This document shows positions 20,183 through 31,294 of a DNA stretch of 64,000 nucleotides, piece after piece. Positions within the stretch are counted from its first letter, which is position 1; each line of letters begins with the position of its first letter. The position numbers were made by a program, and so were the translations under genes. Below the pieces are notes generated by a model. It saw only the letters and a program-made list of their open reading frames with translations. It made no database searches and was not told the DNA's origin. Location of the stretch: IMG/VR virus record IMGVR_UViG_3300017917_003388, positions 110,695 to 174,694 of that record. One strand, given 5' to 3'. The stretch is from a virus.

Positions 20183-21094
20183 TTATCTATCTATATTTAT
20201 TATTATTGTAGTATCAGTTGTAGGAGAAGATGGTAAGGGTTGAGCTAATTTACCTACAGCTAATAAATTTTGATTTTCATCATATAACCCAACAGTAGTT
20301 ATATATGGAGAAAAATATGATTCAGTAACAAATCCATAAGGTATACCCTCTGTACTACCCGAAATAAGACTTGGATTTAATGAAAAATTAAATTCATTTT
20401 CACGAATAGTACATTTATATTGGCTTTCATGTATAGTATATGAACTATTAAATGAACATGTAATATTAGATGAAGTAATAAAATTCAATATAAAATCATC
20501 AGAACCAGATGTTATAGTTACTAATCCATGAGGGTAAAATATATTACCTATTATACTACTACCAGATAATAATATATTACCTTCTCCATCATCATATATA
20601 CTACCGCTATCACATGTATATCTAAAAGAATTAGGTTTAATATAATCTCCTATTAATTTAGTTGGAATAGATATTATTCCAATATACGCATCAGAAGATG
20701 TAGGAAAAAATTTAGGATAAGTTAAACTAGATTGAGAATAATTATAATATTGAGGATTCTGAGTTGAGCCTATATATCTATCCCCAGCATTGTCTCTACC
20801 AGGGATTAATATTGGTAAATTAACATTATCTCCATAACTAGAACTTAAATAATTAGAATAATATAAAACTTTTATAGAATTATATATTAATCTCTGATAT
20901 TGTTGATAATCATTTCCAGTTTTGGGATCAATGTCTGGATCAAATATATTATAATCTATATTTCTACCTAATAATCTATCTATACCAACATTAGATGAAG
21001 TTAAAGATGTTATTCCTTCAAAATAAAAATCTTTACTTACTTCTAATGGGGTTAAAATAACATCTGAGGTTAATAGTTGTTTATATGCACCCAT
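20183..21094 (-). CDS. Tail/baseplate structural protein
   Basis: C-terminal YITTVGLYD..NLLAVGKL.QPL shared with 21988..23010 (tail-collar-like). Confidence 0.6.
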   Translation of the reverse strand: MGAYKQLLTSDVILTPLEVSKDFYFEGITSLTSSNVGIDRLLGRNIDYNIFDPDIDPKTGNDYQQYQRLIYNSIKVLYYSNYLSSSYGDNVNLPILIPGRDNAGDRYIGSTQNPQYYNYSQSSLTYPKFFPTSSDAYIGIISIPTKLIGDYIKPNSFRYTCDSGSIYDDGEGNILLSGSSIIGNIFYPHGLVTITSGSDDFILNFITSSNITCSFNSSYTIHESQYKCTIRENEFNFSLNPSLISGSTEGIPYGFVTESYFSPYITTVGLYDENQNLLAVGKLAQPLPSSPTTDTTIIINIDR

Positions 21095-21944
21095 TTATTT
21101 TTTCTAATATTATATCTGGTTTATTGTAAATATTACTTTCCCATATTCTTATTAATTTAAATCCATTATCTTTGGCTAATTGGTTTTTAAATAAATCATT
21201 TTGTTTTACTTCATCCAGTTTATAAAAATGTTTTTCTAAACTAGACCCACCATGCCAATAGTCACCATCTATTTCTATTCAAATATTAGTATCTTTAATT
21301 CTAAAATCATATGATTTACATATACCTTCTTTATTTTTGATAAAAAATTGAAAATGATATTTTATATTATTTTTATCTAATATGGAAGATACAAATTTTT
21401 CCAATTTATTCATTGGTCTTTTAGCGAAAATTTTTTCTATAGTTTTAAAAGTATGTGGATTGTTTTTAGTCCAGGGTTCATTTCCTTTAGCATAATATTC
21501 TTTTCTACTTTCAGACATTATTCTTTTAGATTCTTCCGAATGAGAATGATTTAGAAAATATTGTTTTCCTTTTTGTTTTTCTCTTAATTTATTTTTTATA
21601 TAGTCTGAGTGTTTATGTCCTTTAAAAGGACCGGGTTTTCCTTTTTGAGTCTTACTTAGTTTATTTCTATGATCTTCAGACATAAATCCTTTTGGTTTTG
21701 GTTTACCTTTATGACCGTGTTCTAATTTAGATCTACATTCTTTTGAACATGTTTTATATTTATAAACTATATTATTTTTACATATTTCACATGGTTTATG
21801 TAAAGGTAAAGTAGACCAATATGTTTGTATATATTGATTTATTGTTGTATCTTTATGTTGAGAAATAAGATGTCTTTTAATTCTACCAAAAGACATCTCT
21901 TGTTGACATATTTGACAGATTACTAAATCACAATTTCCTTTCAT
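21081..21944 (-). pseudogene. NUMOD3 + Vsr/DUF559-like homing endonuclease interrupted by an in-frame TGA
   Basis: After TGA at 21279-21281 the frame continues IEIDGDYWHG...DLFKNQLAKDNGFKLIRIWES to TAA at 21081. Confidence 0.8.
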
Positions 21945-21987
21945 ATAATTATTTATTATAAATATATAAAATTTACTAACCCCAAAC

Positions 21988-23010
21988 TCAAAAGTCTATT
22001 TTCACACGCACTAATGCTTCTTTAGTAAAATCTTTTAATAAAGGTCTAGATAATTTAGCTACAGCTAATAATTCGTTGTTATCGTTATATAAACCAATAG
22101 TAGTAGGATAAGTTTGAGGATTATTTATAAAAGAACTATATACTAATTCTCCTGTACTTCCTGAAATAAAGCTTGGGTTTTCAGTATAATTAAATTCGGC
22201 ATTTTTTGCTCTAATAAAAATATAATCTGAGGATATAGTTTCTTGACTATTTAATCTAAAAGATTGAGCTCCTTTTATTGCGTTATATAATGTTTGATAA
22301 TTTAAACCATCAGAATTAGATGATCTATTAGGAACTAAACCTATAGATTGGGATAAAGCTAATGGGTTTAATAATATTGTTCCTATATCTGGGAGTAAAT
22401 ATCCATATGATCCTGAAGATGGACTGTATCCTGTTGATGAATCAACACCTGATCCAAAATATCCAGTTCCTGCAGATCCACTAATTAATTGATATACTCT
22501 ACCAGCATCATTAAATACTATTGATGACACATATTGGCTATTATCAGTTAATGATATTGTTCCTGATGAGCCTGATAATAATAATGTCATTGAACCTGGA
22601 AATAAAGATTGTTTATATCTTGTTCTGTCTAAGGATATAACCCAAAAATCTGATGATGTTACATTACCAAATATAAATTCACTATTTTCATCACCTAAAA
22701 TTAGAGTTCTATATTGACCATATGTACTTCGAGTTGGTGAAGCTCCAGCTACCGCATTGTTATACCAACTACTACCACTTCCTTGCTTATTACCGTATGC
22801 TATCGCAAATTGGATTTCAGCATCGTCAGCTGATGAAGGATCAGATTGGTATATATTGTAATAAAAATCTCCTGATGAACCTGCAACTTGCACAGATGAT
22901 GTGTAAAAAGTTGTTAGTTCTGGGGTATTTCCAGTCCATATTGTTGCTGTGATTGAATCTGAACTTACAACGAAATCTTCTGGGTTTAATCTTATGAATG
23001 TTCCTGCCAT
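21988..23010 (-). CDS. Tail/baseplate structural protein
   Basis: YPTTIGLYND.NELLAVAKLSRPL C-terminus; SGS-rich. Confidence 0.6.
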   Translation of the reverse strand: MAGTFIRLNPEDFVVSSDSITATIWTGNTPELTTFYTSSVQVAGSSGDFYYNIYQSDPSSADDAEIQFAIAYGNKQGSGSSWYNNAVAGASPTRSTYGQYRTLILGDENSEFIFGNVTSSDFWVISLDRTRYKQSLFPGSMTLLLSGSSGTISLTDNSQYVSSIVFNDAGRVYQLISGSAGTGYFGSGVDSSTGYSPSSGSYGYLLPDIGTILLNPLALSQSIGLVPNRSSNSDGLNYQTLYNAIKGAQSFRLNSQETISSDYIFIRAKNAEFNYTENPSFISGSTGELVYSSFINNPQTYPTTIGLYNDNNELLAVAKLSRPLLKDFTKEALVRVKIDF

Positions 23011-23019
23011 GTTTTATAT

Positions 23020-23673
23020 TTATGATATTTTTGTAACTGTTATTGGAATTGTTAATCTAGCACCACTATCTCTACCTTCTACAGTTAATGTTGCTTGAAG
23101 TTGGTTATTAGAACCGAATAATGTGTTTACTGTTGTTGCTCTTATATTCAATGTAGTTCCAACTACTGTTTTAGATACGTCTGTTCCTAAAGTAGTAGAT
23201 GAATTTAATGCTTGAACTGATGGAGTATTAATTCCTACTCCTTCAAAAGTCCCCATTAATCTAACATCAGATATTGTAAAAGTATAACCAGATGTTTCGA
23301 ATGTATTACCTCCAAAATAATTAAGGGTTTGAGGAGTAATAGCTAATGAAGCCCCTTGTTTTATTACTATTGATGTATATCCTAAATCTAAGATAGGCAT
23401 TTTAGCTGTTCCTCTTGGTAAAGTAACTAATTTATATTTCATTATTTGAGTTTCCAAAGGAAATGCTTCTAAAAGAGGCATATTTAATATGGCTTCACCA
23501 TAATATGATGAACCAGATGGATGATTTGGATTATACATAGTATAATCTATTTCATCATCAGATAAAGCAAATTGAGTAATTCTAAATGAACCATCATTTT
23601 TAGCTAACAATTGTCTTCCTTTATTTGTTAGTATTGCATCTACTGTAATTACTTGGTTTGAAAGATATCCCAT
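23020..23673 (-). CDS. Tail/baseplate structural protein
   Basis: DAILTNKGRQLLA...ITQFALSDDEIDY. Confidence 0.6.
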   Translation of the reverse strand: MGYLSNQVITVDAILTNKGRQLLAKNDGSFRITQFALSDDEIDYTMYNPNHPSGSSYYGEAILNMPLLEAFPLETQIMKYKLVTLPRGTAKMPILDLGYTSIVIKQGASLAITPQTLNYFGGNTFETSGYTFTISDVRLMGTFEGVGINTPSVQALNSSTTLGTDVSKTVVGTTLNIRATTVNTLFGSNNQLQATLTVEGRDSGARLTIPITVTKIS

Positions 23674-23738
23674 TTTTTTAATTTTAATTATAAATATTTT
23701 GTTTTTATAAAATTATAGTATAATATAATAAATTTATT

Positions 23739-26579
23739 TTAAATTATCCCTTTTTCTTTAAGATTAAATACTATTTTATTAAAATTGTTTTTAATATTAT
23801 TATTAACATATTCAGGAATTAGGAATCCATTACCTCCGTTATATCCATATAAATCCCAATCTAATGTTACAAAATTAGGATGGGGGTGATATCTACGAAT
23901 TAAAAATGAATTTATTTCTGTACCATCTATTATATTTTTATCTAAGGTTAAGTATAAAGTTTGATTAGATGTATCATTAAATACATTATGTATAACATAT
24001 GTTTGAAATTCATCACCTTCAAATCTAATTTGATCACCTATTTTCAATTCAAAAGGTAAAAAATCAAAATATCCCGAACCAGAGTAATTAATTTGAGTTA
24101 AAGGATTAGTAGAATTATATAATGAACCAAATTGTGAACCTGTTAATATATTTTTAGATGATGAACCTGTTATCCAATATTTATCAGAACCACCATATGA
24201 TGCTGATGAAACTATAGCAGGAGGATTTTGGATTACGGTACATTTACTTATTTGAGTACTACCATTATTTTTTATTCTTAAATTATAATACCCAGATGGA
24301 TTGTATACTTTAATATAATATTTATCTCCATTAATTGTTTGATTAAAAGGAGATGTTATATTAATATTGTTAGATAGACCATATGTTACTGGAAATTGGT
24401 TTGTGTATATTGTTTCTTCGATTCCTCCTGATTCTTTAATTATAGATATTGTAATATTATATGAGCTATATGGTGGATTAATTCCTGATATAATTAATGA
24501 TGTTAATAAATTTAATTGTATTGCTACTTGAGTTAAATTAGAAGTATTATTTATTGTAATTACATCATCTACTAATAAAGGTGAATTTAAATCTGATAAC
24601 GACGTATTATTTATTATAATTGGAGTGTTTTCAAATTGTATTACTTCTTCAGAAGCATTATTTATAACTAAATATCCTGAGCCTTCATCTTTGGTACTAA
24701 ATACTGAATAATAATTAGGGATAGAAGCATTTGAATTACCAAAATACATTTTGGATTGTATATTTTCTTCACTACCTGTTTGAGATGCTATTATCCCCCA
24801 TGGGATAACCCCAGATTGCAGTATATATTTACTTCCTAAATTAGAAGTAGTACCACTTTCTCCATTTAATATTATGTTGGTTTTTTCACCAGATGTAAAT
24901 GTATTTATTAAGTTATAATAATATGAACTAGATATATTAGGGACCAACACATCTCCATCTTCATTTATTAAATATAGAATATGAGCTGCAGATTTATCTT
25001 TAAACTCAGGTGTTGTTCCTCCTAACCAATCAAAATAAGCAAAATAAGTATTCATATTATTTACTACTGATTCATTTGATGGAATACCTAAATTTATATT
25101 CTCAGAATTTGATATACCTATAACATTATTACTTGATGATATGTTTATATTATCTGATGAATTTCTAACTCCAACATATCTAGGGAGAATTTGAGCTCTA
25201 GATGTATAATTTGAAGGATTTACAGGAGCTATTTCTGCTAAACCTGATATTATCTGTTGTTGGTTAGTAGGAATCAGTTGACCACTATCATAATTAACTT
25301 TAAAGAATTTAGAATCATATTCAAGATTGGTAGCATTGTTTAGTAATGAATTACAATCACTATATTCAAAATTACCTAAAACAAAAGGTTCAGGTAATAC
25401 TGGATTTACATATACTCCCTGAGGGTCAATAGATTGGGTAATGTCCCAATTAAACCTATCTATTGTCAGTTCATGATCTATAGCATAGAAATATGCTCTA
25501 TATTGATTATTTTCGAGCATAGGAACTGAAGATGTATATTCATAATATATTGGGGTATTACTAGTAACAAAAGATTCACTAATCAATGTACTACCATTCG
25601 ATATATCTTTAATATAAAAAATAGCGGTACCTGTAGAACCTGTTACTAAACCTATAAATGAAGCAGTATGTATTAAATTTATATTGGGTGTATTGGGGAC
25701 AACATATATACCACTAGATGAATTAAAAGCATCTAATGAATCAACAGCTACTGAATAGTTAGTTATTGGGGTAATAGTATTACTTAATATTTTTCTTAAC
25801 CCAACTGATACATCTAATCTATAATCCAATATATTATTATCAGATGTAGTTGAAGGAAATAAAGTATTAGGTATTATAAAATATAAATAATAATCTGGAT
25901 ATTCGGTTATTGACTGTATGTTAAATTCTTTAACTCCTATGTCTGAAAATATTATTCTTAATTTATCTATGTTTGATAAATATGATGAATTATCATTACT
26001 GTTTACATCTGATTTATTTATTTTTATATATTTAACACTTCTAGAATATTCAGGGGATGGAAATATAGATATTTGTTCATATACATTTAATATATAAATT
26101 TCTCCTTCATTTGGTGTGGTATTATTATTAAGAAAATTATTTACCCATTCTAATCCTATATCTCCAGCAAGTGTTGGTAATGGGATTAAAGGAGTAGAAT
26201 ATAGAAAAATGTTATATTCAAAAGATGAAGTAGGTGAATTTAATAAAGAAACACAATCATCACATGTTATATTTTGAGTAGAAATTTGAATTTGAGAACC
26301 GCTATATTCCCCATTTATGAATTCATCTTCATTATCATGAATAAAAACAACTTTCCCAGATATTGAATCTACAGAACCTGACCATGATTGGGTTATATTG
26401 GAAAATAAATTATCAGTATATATTTTTCCATCAAAATTAGGTAATGTACCTCCATTTCCAGCTTGTATATGTTCTATTGGAAAAGATTCATTATCATTCG
26501 ATGAAATATATATTTTCTGCCCATGTGATTGTGTAGGAAAACTATTTATTGAACCTGTTATTAATATGTTTTTAGTCAT
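23739..26579 (-). CDS. Large virion structural protein (baseplate/fibre)
   Basis: 946 aa, S/N/I-rich beta composition within tail module. Confidence 0.55.
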   Translation of the reverse strand: MTKNILITGSINSFPTQSHGQKIYISSNDNESFPIEHIQAGNGGTLPNFDGKIYTDNLFSNITQSWSGSVDSISGKVVFIHDNEDEFINGEYSGSQIQISTQNITCDDCVSLLNSPTSSFEYNIFLYSTPLIPLPTLAGDIGLEWVNNFLNNNTTPNEGEIYILNVYEQISIFPSPEYSRSVKYIKINKSDVNSNDNSSYLSNIDKLRIIFSDIGVKEFNIQSITEYPDYYLYFIIPNTLFPSTTSDNNILDYRLDVSVGLRKILSNTITPITNYSVAVDSLDAFNSSSGIYVVPNTPNINLIHTASFIGLVTGSTGTAIFYIKDISNGSTLISESFVTSNTPIYYEYTSSVPMLENNQYRAYFYAIDHELTIDRFNWDITQSIDPQGVYVNPVLPEPFVLGNFEYSDCNSLLNNATNLEYDSKFFKVNYDSGQLIPTNQQQIISGLAEIAPVNPSNYTSRAQILPRYVGVRNSSDNINISSSNNVIGISNSENINLGIPSNESVVNNMNTYFAYFDWLGGTTPEFKDKSAAHILYLINEDGDVLVPNISSSYYYNLINTFTSGEKTNIILNGESGTTSNLGSKYILQSGVIPWGIIASQTGSEENIQSKMYFGNSNASIPNYYSVFSTKDEGSGYLVINNASEEVIQFENTPIIINNTSLSDLNSPLLVDDVITINNTSNLTQVAIQLNLLTSLIISGINPPYSSYNITISIIKESGGIEETIYTNQFPVTYGLSNNINITSPFNQTINGDKYYIKVYNPSGYYNLRIKNNGSTQISKCTVIQNPPAIVSSASYGGSDKYWITGSSSKNILTGSQFGSLYNSTNPLTQINYSGSGYFDFLPFELKIGDQIRFEGDEFQTYVIHNVFNDTSNQTLYLTLDKNIIDGTEINSFLIRRYHPHPNFVTLDWDLYGYNGGNGFLIPEYVNNNIKNNFNKIVFNLKEKGII

Positions 26580-26603
26580 TTAATATTTTATTTAATAGAT
26601 TTA

Positions 26604-27608
26604 TTAACCTAATGTAGTTAATGATGAATCAGTATTAATTTGTGGTAATGGATATTTATTTCTTTCTAACATAGTTTGTTTTATAATAATCCCTGTTGAT
26701 AAACTAGATTTTGATGGGGTAAAATCTTGTATCATTTTAAATAATGAATTATCATAAAATTTTATAAGTCTAATATAATCCCATAAATTGTAATTACTAA
26801 TATATTTAGAAAAATATTCATCTCTTAATCTGTTTAAATCTGGATAAAAAGTTAAGGAAGATGAAATCTGTCTTGGATCTCCAATATAATTACCTATGTT
26901 AAAAAATCCAAGTTGTTCTATTATATCATCATTTACTTCATCTTGTGGAGAAAAACCAACTTCTATATAATTTATATTTTTATTAAAGTTATTCTCAGAA
27001 TTATGTTCTTGTTGAATTGAAATATATTGAGATAAAGTTTGATCTAATATATCATCTGAATTTGTTATTTTTATTTTTTCTGATATTGTATTTTTTATAC
27101 CAGAATTAAATGATTTTTGATATATTATTTCTGTTTGAGGAGAAAAAGAATATACTCCATTTAATGTATAAATACTACTAGTAAAATTAGAACTAGATAT
27201 AAAAAATGAAGATGTTGAAGGAATTTTAGAAATACTAGGATGAACAGATATTCTAGTAGATAATGAAATATCATTATCTAATACTGTCCCTAATGGAGCT
27301 CTAAATATTAATTTATTTAATGATGTATTAGTTCCTGTTTCTTCATTCCCCTCAATTGAATATGGATTCATAACATAATCATCAAACTTATCTTCATCTA
27401 GATTAAAATTATAAAATCTTAACTCTTGAAATGAACCAGAAAATGGAGTATATGTTTTCCCATTTATATTTAAATCAGAAGGAGAAGATAAATAAAAACT
27501 TCCACTTCTAATATTAGAAAAAGCTGATGATGAAATACTAGATGAACTTTGAAATCCTAAAATATGCCCATCATACCCAGTATATATTTTATTTTTAGAA
27601 TATAACAT
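26604..27608 (-). CDS. Virion structural protein
   Basis: FSGSFQELR (LamG-like end), FSPQDEVNDDI, LERNK. Confidence 0.55.
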   Translation of the reverse strand: MLYSKNKIYTGYDGHILGFQSSSSISSSAFSNIRSGSFYLSSPSDLNINGKTYTPFSGSFQELRFYNFNLDEDKFDDYVMNPYSIEGNEETGTNTSLNKLIFRAPLGTVLDNDISLSTRISVHPSISKIPSTSSFFISSSNFTSSIYTLNGVYSFSPQTEIIYQKSFNSGIKNTISEKIKITNSDDILDQTLSQYISIQQEHNSENNFNKNINYIEVGFSPQDEVNDDIIEQLGFFNIGNYIGDPRQISSSLTFYPDLNRLRDEYFSKYISNYNLWDYIRLIKFYDNSLFKMIQDFTPSKSSLSTGIIIKQTMLERNKYPLPQINTDSSLTTLG

Positions 27609-27628
27609 TCTTATTTAATTTTTTAAAG

Positions 27629-29830
27629 TTAATTAAAATTATACATTACGGACCACCATTCTTTATTAAAAAACGGTAAATAAATTGATGAAGAAGTATA
27701 GTTAGTCAAATCAATAAACTTCAATGTACCGTATTCGTTATATGGGTCAGGAATTGAACCTGAATATGAACCACTATTATATCCTGAACCTGTATATTCT
27801 AAGGTTAAAACAAAATTATTTTCAGGTGAATATGCTAATACTTGATCATATGAACTAGAATTAGGAATACCTTCTGTTTTAAATCTAAATTCAATAGTAA
27901 AAGATGATGAATTATTCCCCATATTTCCCCCACCATAAATATCAGTACCATAAATTCCTATCCCATATCCACCAGAATATGAACTTGTATCAACATATAT
28001 TGGAACTTGAATGTATCCAGAACTGGTAGTATAAAAAGCATAATTAAATTGATTTTGGAAATTATCCCATGTTTCATTAAATGAAGATTTACCCCCAAAT
28101 TCATTTATTCGTAGAATAGTATCATCTACTCCATATATATTAGTTAATAATTTTAATCCTTCAACTGTTCCTTTTTTCTTTAATAAAACAGGAATGTTAT
28201 GGTATATTCGTTTGTAAATTTCTTTATTTACGTCATCTAATGGTTTAATACTAGAACTATTAGAAGATGACACCACATTATTGATATATTCATAACCTGA
28301 GGGTGTTGGGAGTGAACCAGTTATATATGGTATATTTATTATACTTCCGGATACTGTTAAACCTAATAATGCAGAATATAGATCATTTGATGAATAATTA
28401 TTTTGATATATATTAATACCTAAATCTCTAATAGCCTGTGCTACTATATCTTTAGATATACCAAATTCTAATCTATTATCAGCATCAAATTTATTAGTTA
28501 CATCTTTAATATATAACCATATATTATCAAAATGTTGTCCTACCATATTTGTAAACAAAAAATATGGTTCATTATTTTCATCTTCTCTCAAATATGATGG
28601 TATTGCATTTAATAATATATCTTTATTTTCAGAATCATATAAAGATGCTGAATATATTTGGTCTGTTAACCAAGTTTGACCTTCGGAAGATGTAACTGAA
28701 AAATTTATATATGGTGGATTGTTATTAATTTTGGGCCATGATTTACTAGAGGATTCATAATATAAAAAGTATTCATATCCATCAAAATTTGTTATTATGT
28801 CATTTATTTTATTATCTATTACTACTTTACTAGAAGAAACATATATATTTGAACCACTAATATTTAATTGATTACTACTATTATTATATTCTTCTATTAA
28901 TGATAATTTATAATAAAAATTTTCAAGTCTAGTTTGAGCTGATGAGAAATGTATAAAATCAGAATATTTAGTATAATCTATATTTATCTCAATTCCTTTT
29001 TCAGCTAAAAGACTGTTTATTTGGTATTGCAAACTTCCAGAACCAGGAACTGATGTATTAGATTTTAATATGGTTAAATTTTGATATGGAGTTGAGTTAT
29101 TAATTTGATCTTGAATATCTATATTAAAATTAGGACCACTAATGAATTGTGCATCATCATCTATTGAAAATATACTTATTAATTCAATATTATATGCTTG
29201 AGATTCAGATATTTTTTCAACAACCCAACATTTATCATTAAATGAAAATAATTCAGGTAAAGGTTCATATAATTTAATTAATACTGTTGGATCTAATGGA
29301 TTACTTTGATCTAAAGCAATATTATTAGCTATAATCAAATTATTATTACCAAAATTCAAATAAAAATCTAAATATACTCCTTGATTATTTTGTATTTCAA
29401 CAGCAAATGCATTTACTAAATCTATTACATCAGAATTAGATATTTGAGTAGTATTTAATCTTAATTCTGTTCTATCAGCACTTATATCCTGTATATAGAA
29501 TGGTTTATCAACTGATGATGTTAATTTTCTTTTTAAAAAATTATATAATGTGTAATACTGCCCTTCATTAAACCCCTGTGATTCTAAATCATTTTGGGGA
29601 TTTAAAATTATATTATCATCTTGGATTGTATATCCTGTGTATCCAATGTTATTTTGGTATAAAATATTTTTATTTAAATCAAATATTATATATTCAATAT
29701 AATTTTCATTAGGATTAAAAGTTATATCTTCTTTAATGAAATTAGATATAAGTTCATTATCTTTTATGGAGTATTCTTGAAATTGGAATGACTCAGGATT
29801 TATAGCTTGTATTGATATCTTTTTATCCAT
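27629..29830 (-). CDS. Baseplate wedge-like structural protein
   Basis: IS.DRTELRL; LLKKKGTVEGL..L...YG baseplate-type motif. Confidence 0.6.
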   Translation of the reverse strand: MDKKISIQAINPESFQFQEYSIKDNELISNFIKEDITFNPNENYIEYIIFDLNKNILYQNNIGYTGYTIQDDNIILNPQNDLESQGFNEGQYYTLYNFLKRKLTSSVDKPFYIQDISADRTELRLNTTQISNSDVIDLVNAFAVEIQNNQGVYLDFYLNFGNNNLIIANNIALDQSNPLDPTVLIKLYEPLPELFSFNDKCWVVEKISESQAYNIELISIFSIDDDAQFISGPNFNIDIQDQINNSTPYQNLTILKSNTSVPGSGSLQYQINSLLAEKGIEINIDYTKYSDFIHFSSAQTRLENFYYKLSLIEEYNNSSNQLNISGSNIYVSSSKVVIDNKINDIITNFDGYEYFLYYESSSKSWPKINNNPPYINFSVTSSEGQTWLTDQIYSASLYDSENKDILLNAIPSYLREDENNEPYFLFTNMVGQHFDNIWLYIKDVTNKFDADNRLEFGISKDIVAQAIRDLGINIYQNNYSSNDLYSALLGLTVSGSIINIPYITGSLPTPSGYEYINNVVSSSNSSSIKPLDDVNKEIYKRIYHNIPVLLKKKGTVEGLKLLTNIYGVDDTILRINEFGGKSSFNETWDNFQNQFNYAFYTTSSGYIQVPIYVDTSSYSGGYGIGIYGTDIYGGGNMGNNSSSFTIEFRFKTEGIPNSSSYDQVLAYSPENNFVLTLEYTGSGYNSGSYSGSIPDPYNEYGTLKFIDLTNYTSSSIYLPFFNKEWWSVMYNFN

Positions 29831-30170
29831 TAGAACCTGAAACTTGTAGGTTGATTAATTGTTGATTTAATTCTAAATTTTGTTGTTGTAATAGATTAAT
29901 TTCATCTATTAATGCTTGAATATCTGAATTTATTGATGTTTCTCCAACATATTCTGTACTAGTTTTAATTAAATATTCATGAGAATTAATTTCTCCATTT
30001 TTAGGAATATCAAGAAATAATTCTTCATAGTATTTAAAAAATTCACTTATTGTAATTGTCGAAGTAGGAATATTATTTGAAGATAGAGATGTAGCCAATT
30101 GAGAAAAATTAGTATCTATTACTTTCTCATATTGGTTTTTAACATATAATTTTTTATTTAAATTACCCAT
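29823..30170 (-). CDS. Hypothetical structural-module protein
   Basis: ORF overlapping neighbours in operon. Confidence 0.5.
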   Translation of the reverse strand: MGNLNKKLYVKNQYEKVIDTNFSQLATSLSSNNIPTSTITISEFFKYYEELFLDIPKNGEINSHEYLIKTSTEYVGETSINSDIQALIDEINLLQQQNLELNQQLINLQVSGSNG

Positions 30171-31272
30171 TTATTATTTTAAAATTATAATTATCATTAA
30201 ATATTATTGTTTGTCCATCAATTTCTATTTTTATTAAAATAGTATAATATCTTTCAGGTTGTAAACCATTCATATATATATTAAAATAACTACTTGTTTC
30301 ATCTCGACTTAATTTAGTATAATTACTAAAATCTATAACATATTCATTAGTATATAAATCTTTTATTGCATAGTATGAATTATCAGGTAAATAATAATTT
30401 TGAACATAATATGATGAGGTTTGGAAAGTTCTAGCAGGATATTCAGGTCTAGAATATACTCTAAATTTTGATATACTATCATTATAAAATTGTCCTAAAT
30501 TTTCTCCAATAGTTATAACACATTGTGAATCGTTAAGAATTGGTAATGATGATGAACCTGTAGAGAATATATTATTTTCCCACATGAATTCCAAATATGG
30601 AGGATAAATAGTATTACTATCTACTGAAAAGTATTTTATTTTTGGTTGAACATTTATATTATCAATAAATTCTTCTTTTTGCTTAATAATAAATCCTTCA
30701 TTTTCTATTGATGCACTATACCATGCTTTAACAATATTAGTTACATCTATATTTATATCTTTATCCGAATAATATGATAATACTTGGGAACCACTTAAAG
30801 ATTGAGTTACATACCATGTTCCACCTCCCATTGATGAAGATGTACTATACGAACCGGTAGTTCCTGGAGAATATGAGCTAGTTTCCCACATACTTCCACT
30901 AGTATAATTTCTCCAAATCCAACTTACCCCATTTTGTATTTCAGGAATAAATGAGTATTTACCATTACCCATATCCCAAGATTGTGATATAGGATATACT
31001 TCTAATGTTGTATCTGAACTTATTGCTTCCCCTGTAGCTATAAAGCATCTCAAATTTGATTTCCATTCTGAACCTGATATTAGATTATTTATGACATTTG
31101 TTATATCATTAGTGTCATATTTAATTAAAAATCTACTAGTTTGGGGAAATGGATTTTCAGAATTTCCTATTTCTAATGAAGTTTCAATTATTTCATCTAG
31201 TCCTGTATTTTTATTAGGGTATAATGAGTATATTGTAGCATCTTTGGTTGGGAATATTTTATAAACAGCCAT
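30163..31272 (-). CDS. Structural protein (DNRLRE-like beta domain)
   Basis: KDATIYS...N.G.DE.IE...SRFLI...YPP.LE. Confidence 0.5.
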   Translation of the reverse strand: MAVYKIFPTKDATIYSLYPNKNTGLDEIIETSLEIGNSENPFPQTSRFLIKYDTNDITNVINNLISGSEWKSNLRCFIATGEAISSDTTLEVYPISQSWDMGNGKYSFIPEIQNGVSWIWRNYTSGSMWETSSYSPGTTGSYSTSSSMGGGTWYVTQSLSGSQVLSYYSDKDINIDVTNIVKAWYSASIENEGFIIKQKEEFIDNINVQPKIKYFSVDSNTIYPPYLEFMWENNIFSTGSSSLPILNDSQCVITIGENLGQFYNDSISKFRVYSRPEYPARTFQTSSYYVQNYYLPDNSYYAIKDLYTNEYVIDFSNYTKLSRDETSSYFNIYMNGLQPERYYTILIKIEIDGQTIIFNDNYNFKIING

Positions 31273-31294
31273 TATTTAATATTAAAAAAATTAA

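Noticed and set aside
23739-29830. One giant tail gene split by read-through or frameshift
   Set aside because: One junction is out of frame and the other has tandem TAA stops; each part has its own ATG, so they are treated as separate genes.
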